IMG/VR virus record: IMGVR_UViG_3300044739_000018
Coordinates: 32,001-96,000 of that record
DNA from: a virus
DNA: 64,000 bases
Direction: 5' to 3' (one strand)
Part shown: positions 29,992 through 40,648 of the stretch, piece after piece
How positions within the stretch are numbered: position 1 is the first letter of the stretch
How the letters are laid out: every line of letters begins with the position of its first letter
The notes under the pieces: generated by a model
The model's input: only the letters and a program-made list of their open reading frames with translations
Told to the model about the DNA's origin: nothing
Databases searched by the model: none
Made by a program: the position numbers and the translations under genes

Positions 29992-30480
29992 TACGGTTCC
30001 ACGACTTCGTAGCCGGGGATGTAGCCGACTTCCACCAGCCACTTCGCAACTGCCTCGGGACCGTTGGCGGCGATCTTGGCAAGTTCATGGTTCATGGCGT
30101 CCTGCGCCAAGTCCCAGAGGTCGCCTTCATCCAGAATCTCGTCGGGATCGTCGGTTACGTGGATCTTCACGTGTACTTCTCCTTGATCTTGGTGATCTCA
30201 TGCTCGTCCAGGCGTGCTTCGATCTCCTTCACGCGGGCGGCGAGGCAGATGATGCACTGGTCGTTCAGGACCCCATGAGGACAAGCCGCTGCTGGCTTTG
30301 AGGACACCCGACGCCTGGGAACGGACGTTGGTACTTGTCCGGTTGCCTGCAACATGCGCTGGTGCTCGGCCTGGTCAATGAGGGCAGCCAAAGCCGAGGA
30401 ACCCTCGACCGTTTCCCCTGCGGCTTCCAGTTCTTTGCGCCGCTCTTGTGCCCGCCTGAGCAGGCGCTCAGGAATCTCGG

Positions 30481-30729
30481 TCACCGGATCTGTTCACACC
30501 TGTTGAGCGGGAAGTTGCTCAGCAGGTCTGGGTAGCCATCACCCGAGACGTGATCGTCGTAAACGTCCCTTGGCACCCAATAGATCGAAGCGCCGGGCAC
30601 GTAGCGTGCCAGCGTCTCGATATCGAGGTAGTCGGGCTTGGCCTGGTCGTGAACCCGTCCGTCCACGTACACAGCGTTGTAGCTATCGCTCTGCACGAGG
30701 ACGGTACGGGTGCCATTGGGCAGGTCCAC
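30481..30729 (-). CDS. Hypothetical protein
   Basis: TAGTG overlap with Ku. Confidence 0.55.
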   Translation of the reverse strand: MDLPNGTRTVLVQSDSYNAVYVDGRVHDQAKPDYLDIETLARYVPGASIYWVPRDVYDDHVSGDGYPDLLSNFPLNRCEQIR

Positions 30730-31529
30730 TAGCTGACAGCCTCGATGCTGGCAGCGAGCAGCGCCTCGAAGTCCTGCTCCGGCGAACGCTTGGGAGTGGA
30801 CGGCGTGCTGGAAGCGGGCACCGGAGCACCCATCTTGGCAGCGACCAACTCAGCGATGCGCTGGCGGGTCTTGCTGGCGTAGTCGCCCGGATCGAACGCC
30901 TCGGCCAGCGTCTCGATGAACTGGAGCGCCTTCTGGACGGTCTTGTCCTCGACCGTGGCCGAGTCGGTGCTGATCCCGTTCACGTCCTCGGGCCGGAGAA
31001 GCTCGGTGACGACGAGGTTGCCGTTCCATGCCCGCAGCCGCACCAGCTTGGTGCCACCCCGGCTCATCGCGATCTCACCCAGGAAGGCGTACTCGGCGTC
31101 CGGGTCCTGCAAGATGGCGAGGAGAACAGCGTGAAGCTGGTTCTTGGCCGAGGGGATGAAGGCGTACGAGTTACCCAGCGGGTAGGTGTACGGCTCCACT
31201 TCCTCGATTTTGTGCGGGACGAGGACGAGCATGCCCTTGTCCAACTCCGACTTCTTGGCCTCCGCGACCTCGTCGGCGTCGACCAGCACGTAGTTGTCCT
31301 TGCTGGTCTCACGCATCCGGCCACACTCGCCGGTCTTGCCGATGACGCCGTGCTGCTCACAGATGTAGGTCTGCGAGACACCGTGGGCGTCAGCGACGGT
31401 GGAGTGAGGACAGGCCAGCTTGAAGCCTTCCTCCTTGTCTGCACCCGACCGCTTGATCGGGTAGAAGTCGCCCTGCATCTGCATCAGCGGACCCAGGGAG
31501 ATTGTTACGTTGCTCTGCGCCTTGCGCAT
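30729..31529 (-). CDS. ku: Ku-like DNA end-binding protein
   Basis: N-terminal TISLGPL, YVLVDADEV, FDPGDY..KTRQRIAELV..K, C-terminal DFEALL.AS. Confidence 0.8.
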   Translation of the reverse strand: MRKAQSNVTISLGPLMQMQGDFYPIKRSGADKEEGFKLACPHSTVADAHGVSQTYICEQHGVIGKTGECGRMRETSKDNYVLVDADEVAEAKKSELDKGMLVLVPHKIEEVEPYTYPLGNSYAFIPSAKNQLHAVLLAILQDPDAEYAFLGEIAMSRGGTKLVRLRAWNGNLVVTELLRPEDVNGISTDSATVEDKTVQKALQFIETLAEAFDPGDYASKTRQRIAELVAAKMGAPVPASSTPSTPKRSPEQDFEALLAASIEAVS

Positions 31530-31562
31530 ACCGCAACCCCTTTCGTTTCGTTTGGCGCTGGC

Positions 31563-31591
31563 ACTTTGCCAGCAAGTTTGGTGCGTGTCAA
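31563..31591 (-). promoter_or_regulatory. Sigma70-type promoter upstream of ku
   Basis: TTGACA-N17-CAAAGT. Confidence 0.5.
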
Positions 31592-31602
31592 GGCCCGGTT
31601 TC

Positions 31603-32142
31603 TCACCAGGCCATGTATTTCGGTCGTGTCTCGTCGGTGAGCCACTCCAGGCTGACTGGCTTGCCGCTCAACACTCGTTGGCAGATTTGGTTGTCGCAGC
31701 GGTGGGCTTCCTCGGCCATGCGAGTTGCCCAGCGTGCCAGGCTGGCATCATCGCCACCACGGCTTGTATTGCAGCGGTGGCAGGCAATGACGAGGTTCGC
31801 GTTGTCGTTGCCACCACCGTTGCGCCGCGAGACAAGGTGCTCGATGGTCCGCATGTTGCGCTTCGTGATGCCCGCTGTGGAGGGAAGCGGTGGCCTCAGG
31901 ACGTGTGTCTCCACGCCACACCAATGGCAGTTCGGGCCGTCACGAGCAACGAGCTTCTCGGCCTTGCGGCCCGCCCAGCCCATGCTGTTCGTGCCACCGA
32001 CTGTGCGCTCGTTCTTGAGCTTCTTGCGGCTTACAAGGCCGCAGTTGCCACAGTAGTACCGGCTGCTGCCCCGGAGGATGGTGTGATCGGGATGACCGCG
32101 GCAGGGCTGGTCGTCGAAAATGCCGCGGTACTCATTCGCCAT
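31603..32142 (-). CDS. HNH endonuclease
   Basis: RDGPNCHWCG...TIEHLVSRRNGG....NLVIACHRCN. Confidence 0.9.
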   Translation of the reverse strand: MANEYRGIFDDQPCRGHPDHTILRGSSRYYCGNCGLVSRKKLKNERTVGGTNSMGWAGRKAEKLVARDGPNCHWCGVETHVLRPPLPSTAGITKRNMRTIEHLVSRRNGGGNDNANLVIACHRCNTSRGGDDASLARWATRMAEEAHRCDNQICQRVLSGKPVSLEWLTDETRPKYMAW

Positions 32143-32145
32143 CGC

Positions 32146-32394
32146 TCACTTCGCAAACTCCGTAAAGCCCCCCAAGAACCGGGATTCTGTAGAGTTGACT
32201 TCGTAGTCCCTACAGAGTCCATGCCTGTTGATGCTCAGCTCGCGTGAGGGGCCTGTGTGCTTTTCGTGCTCGTACCTGTGGAACGTACAGGTACCCCAAT
32301 CGACCTTCGGCTCAATTCTGGCGTAAACACACGTGCCACAAGCCCGGATCTTGTAGTCGATCTCGATGAGCTTGCTACGTTTGTTTGCGTCCAC
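32146..32394 (-). CDS. Cys-rich hypothetical protein
   Basis: CGTC...WGTC...C. Confidence 0.55.
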   Translation of the reverse strand: MDANKRSKLIEIDYKIRACGTCVYARIEPKVDWGTCTFHRYEHEKHTGPSRELSINRHGLCRDYEVNSTESRFLGGFTEFAK

Positions 32395-32959
32395 GTTCCT
32401 TGATCTTTGCTACCTGCTGCGCCGTGAATTCCTCCAACTCCAACAGCAGCGCCTCGACCTGTTCCTCGGTCCTGCCCGTCTTGACCAAACTCTGCCGCAA
32501 TTCCTCTCGCAGCAGGTCAGTGATATCAGGCTTTACGAACTTGGGTTCATGCTTGCAGGGCGTGATGACGTGCTCGGTCTTGGGGCCAGGACACCGGCAT
32601 TGACGCAGCGTGATGCCGCACTCGCAAACGTCGATGAAGTGACTCATTCGGTCTCCTTGGTCAGCCTGTCGACCTCGGCCAGCAGCAGACGACGGTCCCA
32701 CTGCGCCTGGTAGTGCTCAGGCAACTTCGGTCCATACGCCGTGTCGCGGGCACGGATGGCTTCCAACTGCTTCGGAGTCATTCTGCCCCCTTGGTCAGTG
32801 CCTGCGTGAGCTTTTCGGCATCGGCCTGGCTCAACATCAGTTCGAGCACAGAGCCAGGAGCTTCCTTGTACTCGTTCACGGAGACGAAGGCGGTGATGCC
32901 GACGCTGCGCAGGGCTGCCATCAAGTCACTAGAAGCCTTGCGTTCTCTGGCGTTACTCA

Positions 32960-33538
32960 TCAGCGCCGTTCGTCGTGATGGTCTATTGGCTTCCACTTCT
33001 TCTTCTCCATCCTGCGCACGGCCGCATCGAAGCTGATCGGCGCGTACTCCTGAGCGTCCACGCCCACGTCGAAGCTGCGCCTGTCGACGCGCTCTGCCAG
33101 CGTTCCGTGGCTGTGACCGTACAGGTGGAAGGCGCCTTTGTGGCTGCCGTTCCAGACCTCCATGCTGTAGTGACACAGCACGATCTTCTGCTTGCCGACG
33201 CTGATCTCATGCACGCCCGGGTGGATCTCGTCGAAACCCTCGGGGAACTCTGGGCTGCGCCGGAAGGCACTGGACTTGCGGGCGATGGTGCGGGCGTCGT
33301 GATTGCCGAGGATGATGACCTTGATGCCTTTGAGCTGGCGCAGGATATGACGAATCTCGTCATCCTTGATCTTCATGGCAAAGTCACCAAGGTGGTACAC
33401 CACGTCATCATCGTCTACGCGGTCGTTCCAGTTGTCGATCAGCGCCTTGTTCATCTGCGGGACGCCGGAGTAGGGACGGTCGCAGAAGTCGATGATGTTG
33501 GCGTGACCGTAGTGCGTGTCACTAGTGAACCAAATCAT
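32960..33538 (-). CDS. Calcineurin-like metallophosphoesterase
   Basis: SDTHYGH, LGDF, GNHD, LCHY, GHSH, DVGVD. Confidence 0.92.
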   Translation of the reverse strand: MIWFTSDTHYGHANIIDFCDRPYSGVPQMNKALIDNWNDRVDDDDVVYHLGDFAMKIKDDEIRHILRQLKGIKVIILGNHDARTIARKSSAFRRSPEFPEGFDEIHPGVHEISVGKQKIVLCHYSMEVWNGSHKGAFHLYGHSHGTLAERVDRRSFDVGVDAQEYAPISFDAAVRRMEKKKWKPIDHHDERR

Positions 33539-33730
33539 CCGTTCGCTTCCTCTTGAGGGCGGGGCCGATAACAGCGTCGAGCCGCCCGTCATGACCGACG
33601 AAGGAACGCATCCACCAATAGCCCTCGATGGAGGCGGCGAGACGCTTGCCCAGGTCATGTTGCTTGGCTCCGGGCCTCGGCACCAGCGACATGTGGACGA
33701 TGCGCCAGCCGCTCGTCCATTTTCTGCGGC

Positions 33731-34885
33731 TCAACCCGTGCCCTTGTAGTTCAGCACCTGATGGAGCGTGTGCTCGATCTTGACGAGATCCTTCTGATCC
33801 TCCATCACCTTGTCGATGTCCTTATACGCACCGGGCGACTCGTCGATGAGCGAGCCAGCATCCCGCGACTGCCAGGTCTTGCCCTTCATGGCAGCCTTCA
33901 AGTCGTCCCTCGTGAACATCTCCTTCGCCCTCTTGCGGGAGAACCTGCGTCCTGCTCCATGCGAGCAGGAGTTCCACGACAACGGGTTGCCGAGACCGCT
34001 CACGATGTAGCTGCGGGTGCCCATGGAGCCAGGGATGACGCCGAGCCTGCCAGTGTCAGCCTGGATGGCTCCCTTGCGGGTGATCCAAAGCTCCTGGCCG
34101 TCGTGCGTCTCCTGCTGCGTGAAGTTGTGGTGGCAGTTGATCCGCTGCCGCTCCTGGCCGGTGCCGACGAAGCTGAGCACTTCCTTCAACGCTGCTTCCA
34201 TCATCTGCTGACGGTTCGCCATGGCGTACTCCTGCGCCCACAGCATGTCAGCGATGTAGAAGCTGAACTCGGGGGTTCCCTGTGTGAAGTACGCCAGGTC
34301 GGGATCTTCGAGCTTCTCGCCCATGGCCTTCGCCATCTGCTTCGCGATCTTGATATGGCCGGAGGCAAGCTGGTTGCCGATGCCACGGCTACCGCTGTGC
34401 AGCACGACCCACACGGTGCCGCGCTCGTCGATGCACAACTCGAAGAAGTGGTTGCCCGAGCCAAGCGAGCCGAACTGCACGTGGGCCTTCTTGGCCTGGT
34501 CGCCGGTGAGCGGGTGCTTGTGGGCACCCATCCAGGCGTCCGCTGCCCGCGTGGAGTCAGCGTGCCACTTGCCCAGACCAGCAGGAACAACTTTCTCGAT
34601 CCTGCTCAGCAGCGGCTCCAAGTTGTCGGGAAGCTGGCCCTCGGTGAGCTTCAACTCAGATGCAATCATGCCGCACCCAATGTCCACGCCCACCGCTGCG
34701 GGCATGACGGCGTTCTTGGTGGGGATGACAGACCCGACTGTGGCCCCGATGCCGACGTGTGCGTCAGGCATGAGGGCGACATGGCCCTCCACAATCTTCA
34801 TGCGCGATGCCTTCTGCGCCTGGATGACGGTGCCTTCGTCGATATCCGACGCCCAGTTCAGGAGTCGGTCGTTGATCTTCTGCAT
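33731..34885 (-). CDS. rtcB: RtcB-family RNA ligase
   Basis: MPDAHVG, VGVDIGCG, GSLGSGNHF, HSGSRG, HHN, RKGA, PGSMG, HGAGR. Confidence 0.96.
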   Translation of the reverse strand: MQKINDRLLNWASDIDEGTVIQAQKASRMKIVEGHVALMPDAHVGIGATVGSVIPTKNAVMPAAVGVDIGCGMIASELKLTEGQLPDNLEPLLSRIEKVVPAGLGKWHADSTRAADAWMGAHKHPLTGDQAKKAHVQFGSLGSGNHFFELCIDERGTVWVVLHSGSRGIGNQLASGHIKIAKQMAKAMGEKLEDPDLAYFTQGTPEFSFYIADMLWAQEYAMANRQQMMEAALKEVLSFVGTGQERQRINCHHNFTQQETHDGQELWITRKGAIQADTGRLGVIPGSMGTRSYIVSGLGNPLSWNSCSHGAGRRFSRKRAKEMFTRDDLKAAMKGKTWQSRDAGSLIDESPGAYKDIDKVMEDQKDLVKIEHTLHQVLNYKGTG

Positions 34886-35095
34886 TCGTCCCTTTCGGTT
34901 TCGTTTTCGTAGCGTCCCGGTCCCCCGAAACGTCCGTTGCGGGCGGCGATCTCTTTCGCTGCCTCGATATCGCCACGCAAGATGGCGTCCACTTCCTCAC
35001 GAAGTTCGTCGTTGCTCAGATGCTTCACGTTGCCTCCGACAGTAGCCAGCGAAGGGCTGAAAGCGCCATTGGTTTCAGCCCAACGCTCGTTACTG

Positions 35096-35806
35096 CTACA
35101 GGTCGCCGTAGGGCCGGTTCGCAGCAGCCTTGCGGCGGGCGTTGACCAGCAAAACGATTCCGGCGATGACAGCAGCGATGATGAGCAGCCAGATCAGCAG
35201 GGCAAACCACGGGAATCCCGAGGACGACTTGCCGATCAACTGTCCGTTCTGCACCGAGTAGCCCACCGGCGTCGGGTGCTGGTACCACGGCGAACCCACG
35301 GTGAAGTAGTTCGGGTAGTAGAACGGATCGTTCCACAGCAGCCAGTACGTCGGAGAGCCGAGGGGCGGGTAGTACCCCAGGTAACCACCGCGATAGGTGC
35401 TGTAGTAGTTGTTGTAGGTGGTGCGGCTGTAGGTGTAGGTCTTGTTGGTACCCGGCACCTTGTAGCTCTTGCCACCGGCAACGGTGTTCTTGGAAATGTT
35501 GATCTTGCCCTTGGTGGGCTGCACGGTGTTGCGAGCCGTCGAAGCCTGGACCTTGGTGCCCGTCTTGGTGGGGGCGTGCGTGGCACGTCCACCCGTCTTG
35601 GCGGGCGGCTTGGCAGCAGGCGGCTTGGTCGCACGTCCGCTGGATGAACTGCCACCGCTTGAACGACTGCCACCGGATGAGCGGCCACCGGATGAGCCGC
35701 CGGATGAGCGTCCACCGCTGGAACCCTTCGCGTCAGCAACGCTCGCCATCGAGAACGTCAGGGCGAACAATGCGCTGAACACGGCGACGAGTAGCTTGCG
35801 TGTCAC
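35096..35806 (-). CDS. Secreted/membrane Gly-Ser-Tyr-rich protein
   Basis: Signal peptide, SSGGRSSGG repeats, Tyr-rich middle, C-terminal TM. Confidence 0.7.
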   Translation of the reverse strand: MTRKLLVAVFSALFALTFSMASVADAKGSSGGRSSGGSSGGRSSGGSRSSGGSSSSGRATKPPAAKPPAKTGGRATHAPTKTGTKVQASTARNTVQPTKGKINISKNTVAGGKSYKVPGTNKTYTYSRTTYNNYYSTYRGGYLGYYPPLGSPTYWLLWNDPFYYPNYFTVGSPWYQHPTPVGYSVQNGQLIGKSSSGFPWFALLIWLLIIAAVIAGIVLLVNARRKAAANRPYGDL

Positions 35807-36447
35807 CAGGAATACCTCTTTCGTTGGTAGGGATCGGGATTGCGCTTCTTGTGGACGAGGTTCTGCTCTCTGATGGACTTGAAGATCGCGTCGTCCACAA
35901 ACGAATCCTCCGCCATGTTGTCTACGTGATCTGCCAGCCACAACCCACAGTAAAGCGGGTCGTCGTGCTTCTTGACCGGGTAGATGTAGATGGCACCATC
36001 CTCAGGCCAGTTGCCCTGACCCATGATGGTGCGGATTGCAAAGTTGATGGCGTCAACGGGCAGGTCCGGGCCGTAAGGCACGATGTACCCGAGAGCCACG
36101 GTTGGCTCGGCTCCAGGGACGTTGGCCCAGCAGGGCTGGTCAACCAGGAAGGTGCCAGCCTCGGCGTTCGCCATGTCGTTGGCCTGGAGTGTGTCCCAAA
36201 ACATTTCGGCAGCCTCACGGTCGGACAAACGGTCGTTCCGTGGTGTGAGAAGGTAACCGATCGGCCCCTTCATGTCGCGGATCGTGGTGATCCACGGCAG
36301 GGTGAGCGTGGCCTGGTAGTACGACCCGAGAGCGGCGTTCAGGTCATCCAGCGGGAACTCGGCCTCGACAGGCTCGTCAAAGGCGAGGATGGCCTGCTGT
36401 ATGCAGTCGAGATCGCCCACAGAGAACATCAAGTCAAGCTGCGCCAT
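35803..36447 (-). CDS. Hypothetical protein
   Basis: Overlapping start/stop. Confidence 0.55.
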   Translation of the reverse strand: MAQLDLMFSVGDLDCIQQAILAFDEPVEAEFPLDDLNAALGSYYQATLTLPWITTIRDMKGPIGYLLTPRNDRLSDREAAEMFWDTLQANDMANAEAGTFLVDQPCWANVPGAEPTVALGYIVPYGPDLPVDAINFAIRTIMGQGNWPEDGAIYIYPVKKHDDPLYCGLWLADHVDNMAEDSFVDDAIFKSIREQNLVHKKRNPDPYQRKRYSW

Positions 36448-36839
36448 GACGCCTTCGCAGTCCGAGGTCAGACCAGAAGGTCTGGTGCCATTGCACGTTG
36501 TCGGGTCGGTCTGTGCTGCTGAGTCGCCTGGATACGAACCGCCGACCGCACTCGCAGCGCCAGACGGTGCCGTGCGGCTCGGAGGCATGGTAGCCATCGC
36601 CCCGCACCGGCGGAGCGCACTGATGCAGCGGCTTCGCGCCACGCTTCACGATGGTCCCCATGGGTTACCGCCTCCCTGTGCAGTCAGTGACGCCACAGTG
36701 CTGCCAGCGCGTGTCGAAGAACAGGCCCGGCGTGTCATCGTCGATCCTGTTTCCCTGGACGAAGGCCCAGCCACAGCCGCATGACGTGATAATGAAGTTC
36801 GTGATGCGCGGGAATGGTCCACGCGGCTCCGGCGTCTTG

Positions 36840-37217
36840 TCACGTGCCATCGTCCACCTCATCCAGTATCTGCGTGTTGGTCTCCAGCACCTGGCGCAGA
36901 AGGACTTTGAGTTCCTCCTGCTCCTCGTGGGTGAAGGCGTCCCGGTTCACGATCAGCGTTGATGCGATGCTGGCCGTCACCATGGGCACAAAGAACACGA
37001 CCATGCTGGTGACCAGGCCAATGGCAACAAGGCGTCCCAGAAACGTCACGGGGTACGCGTCGCCGTAGCCAACGGTCGTTGCGGTGATCCACGCCCACCA
37101 CAGCGAGTCCCACAGGTTCTTGCCCTCTGCGATGTTGTACGTGATGCTGCTCACCACGAGCAGGACCACGGCCATCACCAGCAGCAGCCGCGGACTGTTT
37201 GCGATCTTGGCGATCAT
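36840..37217 (-). CDS. Two-TM potassium channel (KcsA-like)
   Basis: DSLWWAWITATTVGYGD..P.T..GR filter between two TM helices. Confidence 0.93.
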   Translation of the reverse strand: MIAKIANSPRLLLVMAVVLLVVSSITYNIAEGKNLWDSLWWAWITATTVGYGDAYPVTFLGRLVAIGLVTSMVVFFVPMVTASIASTLIVNRDAFTHEEQEELKVLLRQVLETNTQILDEVDDGT

Positions 37218-37407
37218 GACTTCCCCCAGCACACATCCATGACGAGAGCGACCAACAAGCACGTGCCGCCCATCCACACCGTCGCGCGGAACATTTCTCC
37301 GTAGTCCACGCTCACGTGATCGAAGCCCTCAACGAACCCCACGCCTACGTGAAACCAGGCGGTGATGAGCCAAATGGCAGCACAAACGCCCAGTACCGCG
37401 AGTGACC

Positions 37408-37695
37408 TCACCGCACCATCCCCTTGATCCGAGAAGCGGCCTCGTCGGCCAACCGCATGGCATGAGCCACGTCCTCGCTGTCAAGCTTCTCCAGCGCCAT
37501 GTTGGCCTGCGTGAGTCCGCAGTTGCAGCGTCCGTCTAGCTCGGGGAAGCCCGAGTCGTGCGCGGCAGCCGGGCAGTCGTTGAATCCCTCGTAGCCCTCC
37601 TGGAAGTGACCCCGGGCGACGTTGATGGCGAGCGCCAGGAGCACGTCGGTGTACTGGTCCTGCGTCAGTGTCGTGTACGGCTTGTCGATGTTCAT
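37408..37695 (-). CDS. Hypothetical protein
   Basis: ATGA overlap. Confidence 0.55.
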   Translation of the reverse strand: MNIDKPYTTLTQDQYTDVLLALAINVARGHFQEGYEGFNDCPAAAHDSGFPELDGRCNCGLTQANMALEKLDSEDVAHAMRLADEAASRIKGMVR

Positions 37696-38030
37696 GACGG
37701 GTAAATGTCGTCCACTTCGATCTCGTCGAAATCGGTCAGCGTGCCTAGGGCGTCGGTGACCCGCTTGGCGATCTCGTCAGACATCTTGTTCACGTCGACC
37801 TCGAACGCTTCCATGCCATGGATGTAGATGATGACCTCGAACTCGTTGGGAAGGTCCAACTCGTCGAGCAGGCGCGCTCGGAGGCGCACGTCCTCCACGT
37901 AGTCGTTGATGACCTGTGCCGCGTGCTTCTTGAACTGATGGACGACCTCTGCTTGGCGTGGCACCTGTGCCGGTGCCCGCTTCTTGGCGACCTTCTTGAC
38001 GGGTTTGGTTGCTTTACGGGGTACTGCCAT
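37692..38030 (-). CDS. Hypothetical protein
   Basis: GGAGG RBS. Confidence 0.55.
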   Translation of the reverse strand: MAVPRKATKPVKKVAKKRAPAQVPRQAEVVHQFKKHAAQVINDYVEDVRLRARLLDELDLPNEFEVIIYIHGMEAFEVDVNKMSDEIAKRVTDALGTLTDFDEIEVDDIYPS

Positions 38031-38559
38031 TTGCGTTCCTCCATGCAAGGATGCTGTCGTCGGGCTGGCCGTAGAAGGACCGGACCTCGGCCTCCCACTT
38101 CCAGATGCGCATTTCGGTTTCGTAGATCATGCTTTTGTGCGTGGGGTCCATGCCGAGCACGTCTGTTGTCTTGGGGTTCGGCGTGGTGATGGCACAGAGT
38201 TTCGTCGCGTAGACCTCCATGGCCTTCAACATCCGGCGCGGATCCTCCAGGTGTTCGATGAGTTCGATGGCAACGATGAACTCGGCTTTGCGGGGTGGCG
38301 TCCAGAACTCCAGGTCGGTGCCGTCCAGACCACCGTCAATTGGCAGGTAACGACCACGCCAACCAAGCTCCCGCAGGTACACGTCGAACTCGGTCCACCC
38401 TGCGCCAATGTCGATCACCATGTCGTCGTTACAGAGGCCAGCGTCGATCATCTTCTCGGCCACGGCGGAGTAACGCTGGCAGCGCCACTCGTACTTGCCG
38501 GTGCGAGCCTTCAAGTACTGGTCACACGTATCAATCCACGGTGCCGTCTGTGTCGTCAT
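38014..38559 (-). CDS. Class I SAM-dependent methyltransferase
   Basis: VIDIGAG, ELIEHLEDP, ITTPN. Confidence 0.85.
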   Translation of the reverse strand: MTTQTAPWIDTCDQYLKARTGKYEWRCQRYSAVAEKMIDAGLCNDDMVIDIGAGWTEFDVYLRELGWRGRYLPIDGGLDGTDLEFWTPPRKAEFIVAIELIEHLEDPRRMLKAMEVYATKLCAITTPNPKTTDVLGMDPTHKSMIYETEMRIWKWEAEVRSFYGQPDDSILAWRNANGSTP

Positions 38560-38944
38560 CGCGCCACCCCCAATCCTCGTTGAATGACTCGTCATCAGGG
38601 TAGAGCGAACGGGCCTGGTCCTCGGTGATGGGCAGATATGCAGCAGGCGTGCCGTTGCACCAGCCAAGCACGCTGTTCCAGGTGCCATAGCCGTAACCGC
38701 TGTCGCGCACCCAGCGCAAAGGGGCACGATCCCAGGCGGCGATCCAAACGCTCTCGATGAGCGCCTTGAACACGTTCTGATTGGTTGCCGTGATGGCAAA
38801 GCCCCACAGGCTGTCGGACAGCCCCAGAATGCGGCTGTTCCAGTTGCTGCGGGTGACGAACTCGCTCTTGTCGAAGTTCGTCTCGTGCGGATTCGGGTCG
38901 GCGGTGGTGAACTTTGTCATCTTGATCTCGTGGAACTCCGTCAC
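38531..38944 (-). CDS. Hypothetical protein
   Basis: GTGA overlap. Confidence 0.5.
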   Translation of the reverse strand: MTEFHEIKMTKFTTADPNPHETNFDKSEFVTRSNWNSRILGLSDSLWGFAITATNQNVFKALIESVWIAAWDRAPLRWVRDSGYGYGTWNSVLGWCNGTPAAYLPITEDQARSLYPDDESFNEDWGWRDDDTDGTVD

Positions 38945-39268
38945 TTTGTCTCCAGGTCTTTGGCGAGCTTGGTCAAGCTCTTGGCTGCTGCCCGCATCTG
39001 TATGGCCTGTCTGTGATCGAAGTCGCGCCGACAGAATTGGACGTGCTTGAAAATGTCAGTCTCGATGGGGTCGTGGCACCAACCACAGTTGCCGCCCGAG
39101 TGGACGGGTAAAGGTTTACGCCCTCGCCCGCCCATGATCTCATAGACGAGGTAGTCGGCGCGTCCGATCTCGTTCTCTGCGGTCGTAACGTCACCCCCAC
39201 GTGCCGCTACCGCTGCATTGCCTAGTACCTCGCGTATCTCGTGCAGGTCACGAACGTCGACGAGCATG

Positions 39269-39859
39269 TCAGTCCCAGAGGTCGAAGTACCAGGCGTGGA
39301 ACAGCTTGAACCCCTCGTCGAACTTGGTCTCCAGCGCAACGCGCTCGTCAGGCTCGGGGAACTCGTTGCCGAGAACCTTGGCGGCCTCGAAGCCCTCGAT
39401 GATCTTGGTCAGCACGGCGTTCCACGCCTCGCTGCCCGTCTCGGTGTCACTCGGCTCGCCCTCACCGTGCAGGCTGGCGGGGTAGCCGTGCTCCGTGGCG
39501 CGCAGGTGGGTGACGGTGCCGATGATTACGTCGTTGAGGTAATCGAACAGGCTCCACACGTCACGGTAGGACCAGCCACGCTCGGCCCGCTGGCGCAGGT
39601 GCTTGTACCTGGCGCGGATGTGACGTGGAGTCAGGTGCTTGTGCTCGATGATGCGGGCGACGCGCAGGTAAAGCGGCCGCGGTGTCAGTTTGTCGAAGAT
39701 GGCGTGCTGTTCCTTCCAGAGTGGGGAGTCAGGCTCCCAGCGGTAGGTGCCGTGCTCCGTGCGAAGCAGGTTGTCGATCTCCAGGTAACGCTCGTTCTGG
39801 AGCGCACGACGCTTGCCCTTGTCATACCAGCGATTGTGCAGCTTCTCGTAGACGCTCAT
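39269..39859 (-). CDS. Phage hypothetical protein
   Basis: RGWSYRDVWS...HGYP...LF..W..LWD pattern. Confidence 0.6.
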   Translation of the reverse strand: MSVYEKLHNRWYDKGKRRALQNERYLEIDNLLRTEHGTYRWEPDSPLWKEQHAIFDKLTPRPLYLRVARIIEHKHLTPRHIRARYKHLRQRAERGWSYRDVWSLFDYLNDVIIGTVTHLRATEHGYPASLHGEGEPSDTETGSEAWNAVLTKIIEGFEAAKVLGNEFPEPDERVALETKFDEGFKLFHAWYFDLWD

Positions 39860-40245
39860 GTTCCGAACGTTCCCCCACAGGAGGGGCACGTCTCGCCACG
39901 CATGACGCCGGGGTGCGGGCAGGTGAGCCGGTTCGAGTCGTTCAGGAGAGAGCGAAGCTTGGCCTCGGACTCGGTGTCCTCCTGGTGCCAGATATCGGCA
40001 TGGTGCCCGAACACGTAGTTCGAGAGAAGCTGGCCGAGACGCTGATCCGGGTTGGCGTACCAAACAGAGCGAAGCATGTTGATGATGGTCTCGATGCGCT
40101 CGGGAGCACGCGGGGTGGACAGCCATGGAGCACCGACGCCCTCGGGGAAGTCGGTAGCCATGACGGCCTTGTGTGCCTCACGCACGGTGTCGCGGTTGAA
40201 CCCGTCGTTGGGGTCCTTCTCGGGGTCGTATGGCTCGTTAGGCAT
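39856..40245 (-). CDS. Hypothetical protein with YihD/DUF1040-like motif
   Basis: R.PERI......W...PDQRLGQLL. Confidence 0.6.
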   Translation of the reverse strand: MPNEPYDPEKDPNDGFNRDTVREAHKAVMATDFPEGVGAPWLSTPRAPERIETIINMLRSVWYANPDQRLGQLLSNYVFGHHADIWHQEDTESEAKLRSLLNDSNRLTCPHPGVMRGETCPSCGGTFGT

Positions 40246-40648
40246 TGGCGGGTTCTGCTCCTGGTATCTCGGGTGTGATGCGGGCCTGCGGGCATGCAGC
40301 AACGAGAGCCTCGAACTGGTCTTTGCTCCAACGCTTGCCAGACACGTCGAACTCGAAGGTGTCCCATCCGTCCTTGACGTGCTTGCCAAAGCCGTAGATT
40401 CCGACGCCCGCTTCTTCCTCCAGGTACTCGTGCAGGAACACCATGGGCCGCTCGTATTCCTCGTGGCCCCTCTCCATGCCTGCTGCTGCGTACTCGTCGG
40501 GGTACTCGCGGATGAGACCAGCCAGGTCGATGGTCAGATCGACTTGGTATTCGATGCTGCCCTTGATCTCGAAAGGCTCGGGATAGGGCGGGCCGTGGAC
40601 TGGCAGCACGAGGTCGGGCATGCCGGGGAGTCCAAGCTGGTCAGTCAT
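40238..40648 (-). CDS. Hypothetical protein
   Basis: GGAGG RBS. Confidence 0.55.
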   Translation of the reverse strand: MTDQLGLPGMPDLVLPVHGPPYPEPFEIKGSIEYQVDLTIDLAGLIREYPDEYAAAGMERGHEEYERPMVFLHEYLEEEAGVGIYGFGKHVKDGWDTFEFDVSGKRWSKDQFEALVAACPQARITPEIPGAEPANA

